A stretch of DNA of 39,599 bases, from IMG/VR virus record IMGVR_UViG_3300025723_000084, positions 1-39,599 of that record; one strand, written 5' to 3'. A program made the translations under genes and the position numbers. Under the pieces are notes generated by a model. That model did no database searches and had not been told where the DNA came from. It saw only the letters and a list, made by a program, of their open reading frames with translations. Source of the DNA: a virus (Duplodnaviria > Caudoviricetes). Positions 38,017 through 39,599 of the stretch are shown piece by piece (positions within the stretch are counted from its first letter, which is position 1; each line of letters opens with the position of its first letter).

Positions 38017-38774
38017 ATGATTTCGGGTTGATCGCCGACATCAATATTTATCGACCCTGAGGTAGGGCTTGTTGGGTTAATCATCTCATCTACGTTAAGT
38101 GTGAAGTGAATAAGTCGTACTGGACTCTTGCTATGATTACGCCCAATACTATGAGGTGTCCAAGCGTTGATAATAAACAAATCACCTGGATTGGGCACAA
38201 AATTAACTGCATCACTGGCATAGGTTGCATTAGTGATATTAGCTTCAGGTAAGTTAACTTGTTTCTTACTAGGCCTTGGATCGTGAAATACAAGTCTAGA
38301 AGAATCTTTTGGTACATCTAAAAAGTAAAATCCTACAATCTGTGCACCTTGACCATGTATATGTTCTTCATGTGCACTATGTTGAAAATGCTCCTGTACC
38401 CACATGCTACTGAAATATACACGCTTATTTCGCATATCATATCCTTGACCCTGTAATGTATCATATGAAATATCAGCAATGTATTGTGCTAATACTGCAA
38501 TGTCCGGGTCATTGGAAATATCATGCGTTTGATACAATGGGAAGATAGGATCCATTTTAGGATTCTCTTTTTTAAATTTAGTCAATGCTCTATTAGAACA
38601 CTTTCTAGCATCAGTCAGTAGACTTGGAATTTCTATCTTGTATACAGATGTTGTAAAATAATCAAATCTGTTACCATTAAGTTCTAATGGAGCAGGTGTG
38701 TCAGTAGATTCAACGATTTCTGGTGTATCTTGTACGATAACAGAATCTTTAGTAGATGTTTTAGATTTTTTCAT
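38013..38774 (-). CDS. 2OG-Fe(II) oxygenase (TIGR02466-like putative family)
   Basis: W......H..H.H, G.YFL..P, LVFHDPRP, PGDL.I..AW..H.I, R..I.F; AATAAATA (38780-38787, - strand) 5 nt before the ATG. Confidence 0.85.
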   Translation of the reverse strand: MKKSKTSTKDSVIVQDTPEIVESTDTPAPLELNGNRFDYFTTSVYKIEIPSLLTDARKCSNRALTKFKKENPKMDPIFPLYQTHDISNDPDIAVLAQYIADISYDTLQGQGYDMRNKRVYFSSMWVQEHFQHSAHEEHIHGQGAQIVGFYFLDVPKDSSRLVFHDPRPSKKQVNLPEANITNATYASDAVNFVPNPGDLFIINAWTPHSIGRNHSKSPVRLIHFTLNVDEMINPTSPTSGSINIDVGDQPEII

Positions 38775-38830
38775 ACAGATATTTATTTTGATTTACTATA
38801 CCCGAAAAAAAGATAAATATATACATATAA

Positions 38831-38928
38831 AGAACACACCTTAGGACCGGTACTAGTTACCGTGGTGTAGCCGGCTGCTGGCTTGAGTCATCCAATTCGC
38901 TACTGGAACCTCAAAAGTGAGCCCTATC
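38831..38928 (+). ncRNA. Candidate structured non-coding RNA (unassigned family)
   Basis: GC-rich intergenic island with five short stems and possible pseudoknots, downstream of GATAAATA (38812-38819). Confidence 0.6.
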
Positions 38929-38951
38929 TACAAAAAGCATAAATACTAATT

Positions 38952-39599
38952 ATGCGTTATAACGAACTACTTATTGAATCCGCTGCTAGAGAATTAGCAG
39001 AAAAACTCCCTACCTTAAGTCATCACACTTACAATTCTATTGATAAATTGATGCAACATATCAGCGCAAAGCATAAAATAAGTGGTAAAAAATTACATGA
39101 TTTATTTGTGCACAAATATGGTCATACACCAGATATTTGGATTAAAAAACTTAAACATAAGTTAGGCGAAGAAGATGTTCAGGAAGGTTGGAGTGAAAAG
39201 TATAAGCGCAGTATTGATTGCTCACATCCAAAAGGCTTCAGTCAAAAAGCACATTGTGCAGGTAAAAAGAAACACAATGAAAGTATTGAGATGGAAATGG
39301 TTTGTCCAGACTGTGGCATGTGCGAAACACATAGTGACCATGAAAACTTAGACGAAGCATGTTGGAAAGGTTATCACAAAGAAGGTAACAAAAAGATGTT
39401 TGGTAAAACATATCCAAACTGTGTAAAGAATGAAGATGTGGTGGAAGGATGGAAAGATTTGGCAGTAGGCGGAGCAATGGCATTAGGAGCATTGGGGGCG
39501 AGCAATGCTCAAACTGCTGATTTAAGCGCATTCAATACAAATTATCTACAGTCAGTTGTAGATGGCACCGCAGGCAGAGCAATGGTCAGTGTAGATGGC
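38952..39599 (+). CDS. Polyprotein-like putative internal head protein (3'-truncated; missing from the ORF track)
   Basis: Open to the window end: MRYNELLIE-SAAR...VQE-GWSEKYKRSIDC...LDE-ACWKGY...VVE-GWKDLAVGG; CATAAATA (38938-38945) 6 nt upstream. Confidence 0.85.
   Translation, partial: MRYNELLIESAARELAEKLPTLSHHTYNSIDKLMQHISAKHKISGKKLHDLFVHKYGHTPDIWIKKLKHKLGEEDVQEGWSEKYKRSIDCSHPKGFSQKAHCAGKKKHNESIEMEMVCPDCGMCETHSDHENLDEACWKGYHKEGNKKMFGKTYPNCVKNEDVVEGWKDLAVGGAMALGALGASNAQTADLSAFNTNYLQSVVDGTAGRAMVSVDG

Noticed and set aside
38831-38928. tRNA, hammerhead or terminator identity for the structured island
   Set aside because: No cloverleaf or CCA, no CUGAnGA/GAAA core, no U-tract; kept only as an unassigned ncRNA candidate.
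2416-39531. Numerous 60-170 aa antisense or alternate-frame ORFs in the track (e.g. 13525-13980, 19072-19590, 39238-39531)
   Set aside because: They are shadows of well-supported + strand genes, with no motifs or translation signals.
39551-39599. Near-direct repeat gtcagt(t)gtagatggc at the window end
   Set aside because: Short and at the sequence edge; cannot be distinguished from chance or an assembly end effect.

Overview
This AT-rich window comes from a large tailed dsDNA bacteriophage with T4-like late gene expression, and nearly all genes lie on the + strand. Structural and lysis genes include several tail-fibre/adhesin genes (one with an S74 auto-cleaving chaperone), a GH19 lysozyme, an Ig-repeat baseplate-type protein and a GTA-type holin. 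Replication and chaperone genes include a stand-alone DnaE fragment, an RFC/gp44-type clamp loader, GroES, DnaJ and ClpA. Auxiliary genes include PhoH, Dps, a 2OG-Fe(II) oxygenase, a glycosyltransferase, nucleotidyltransferases and a deaminase. The strongest unexplained signal is a set of late proteins with capsid-targeting-like N-termini, built as polyproteins of unrelated modules separated by hydrophobic-X-Glu sites typical of prohead-protease cleavage. One module would expose a signal-peptide-like N-terminus only after cleavage. Other signals are a GC-rich structured ncRNA candidate (38831-38928), a holin carrying FG repeats, an intein-less split C-family polymerase, and widespread leaderless promoter architecture. 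All family calls come from motif recognition by eye; no searches were run.
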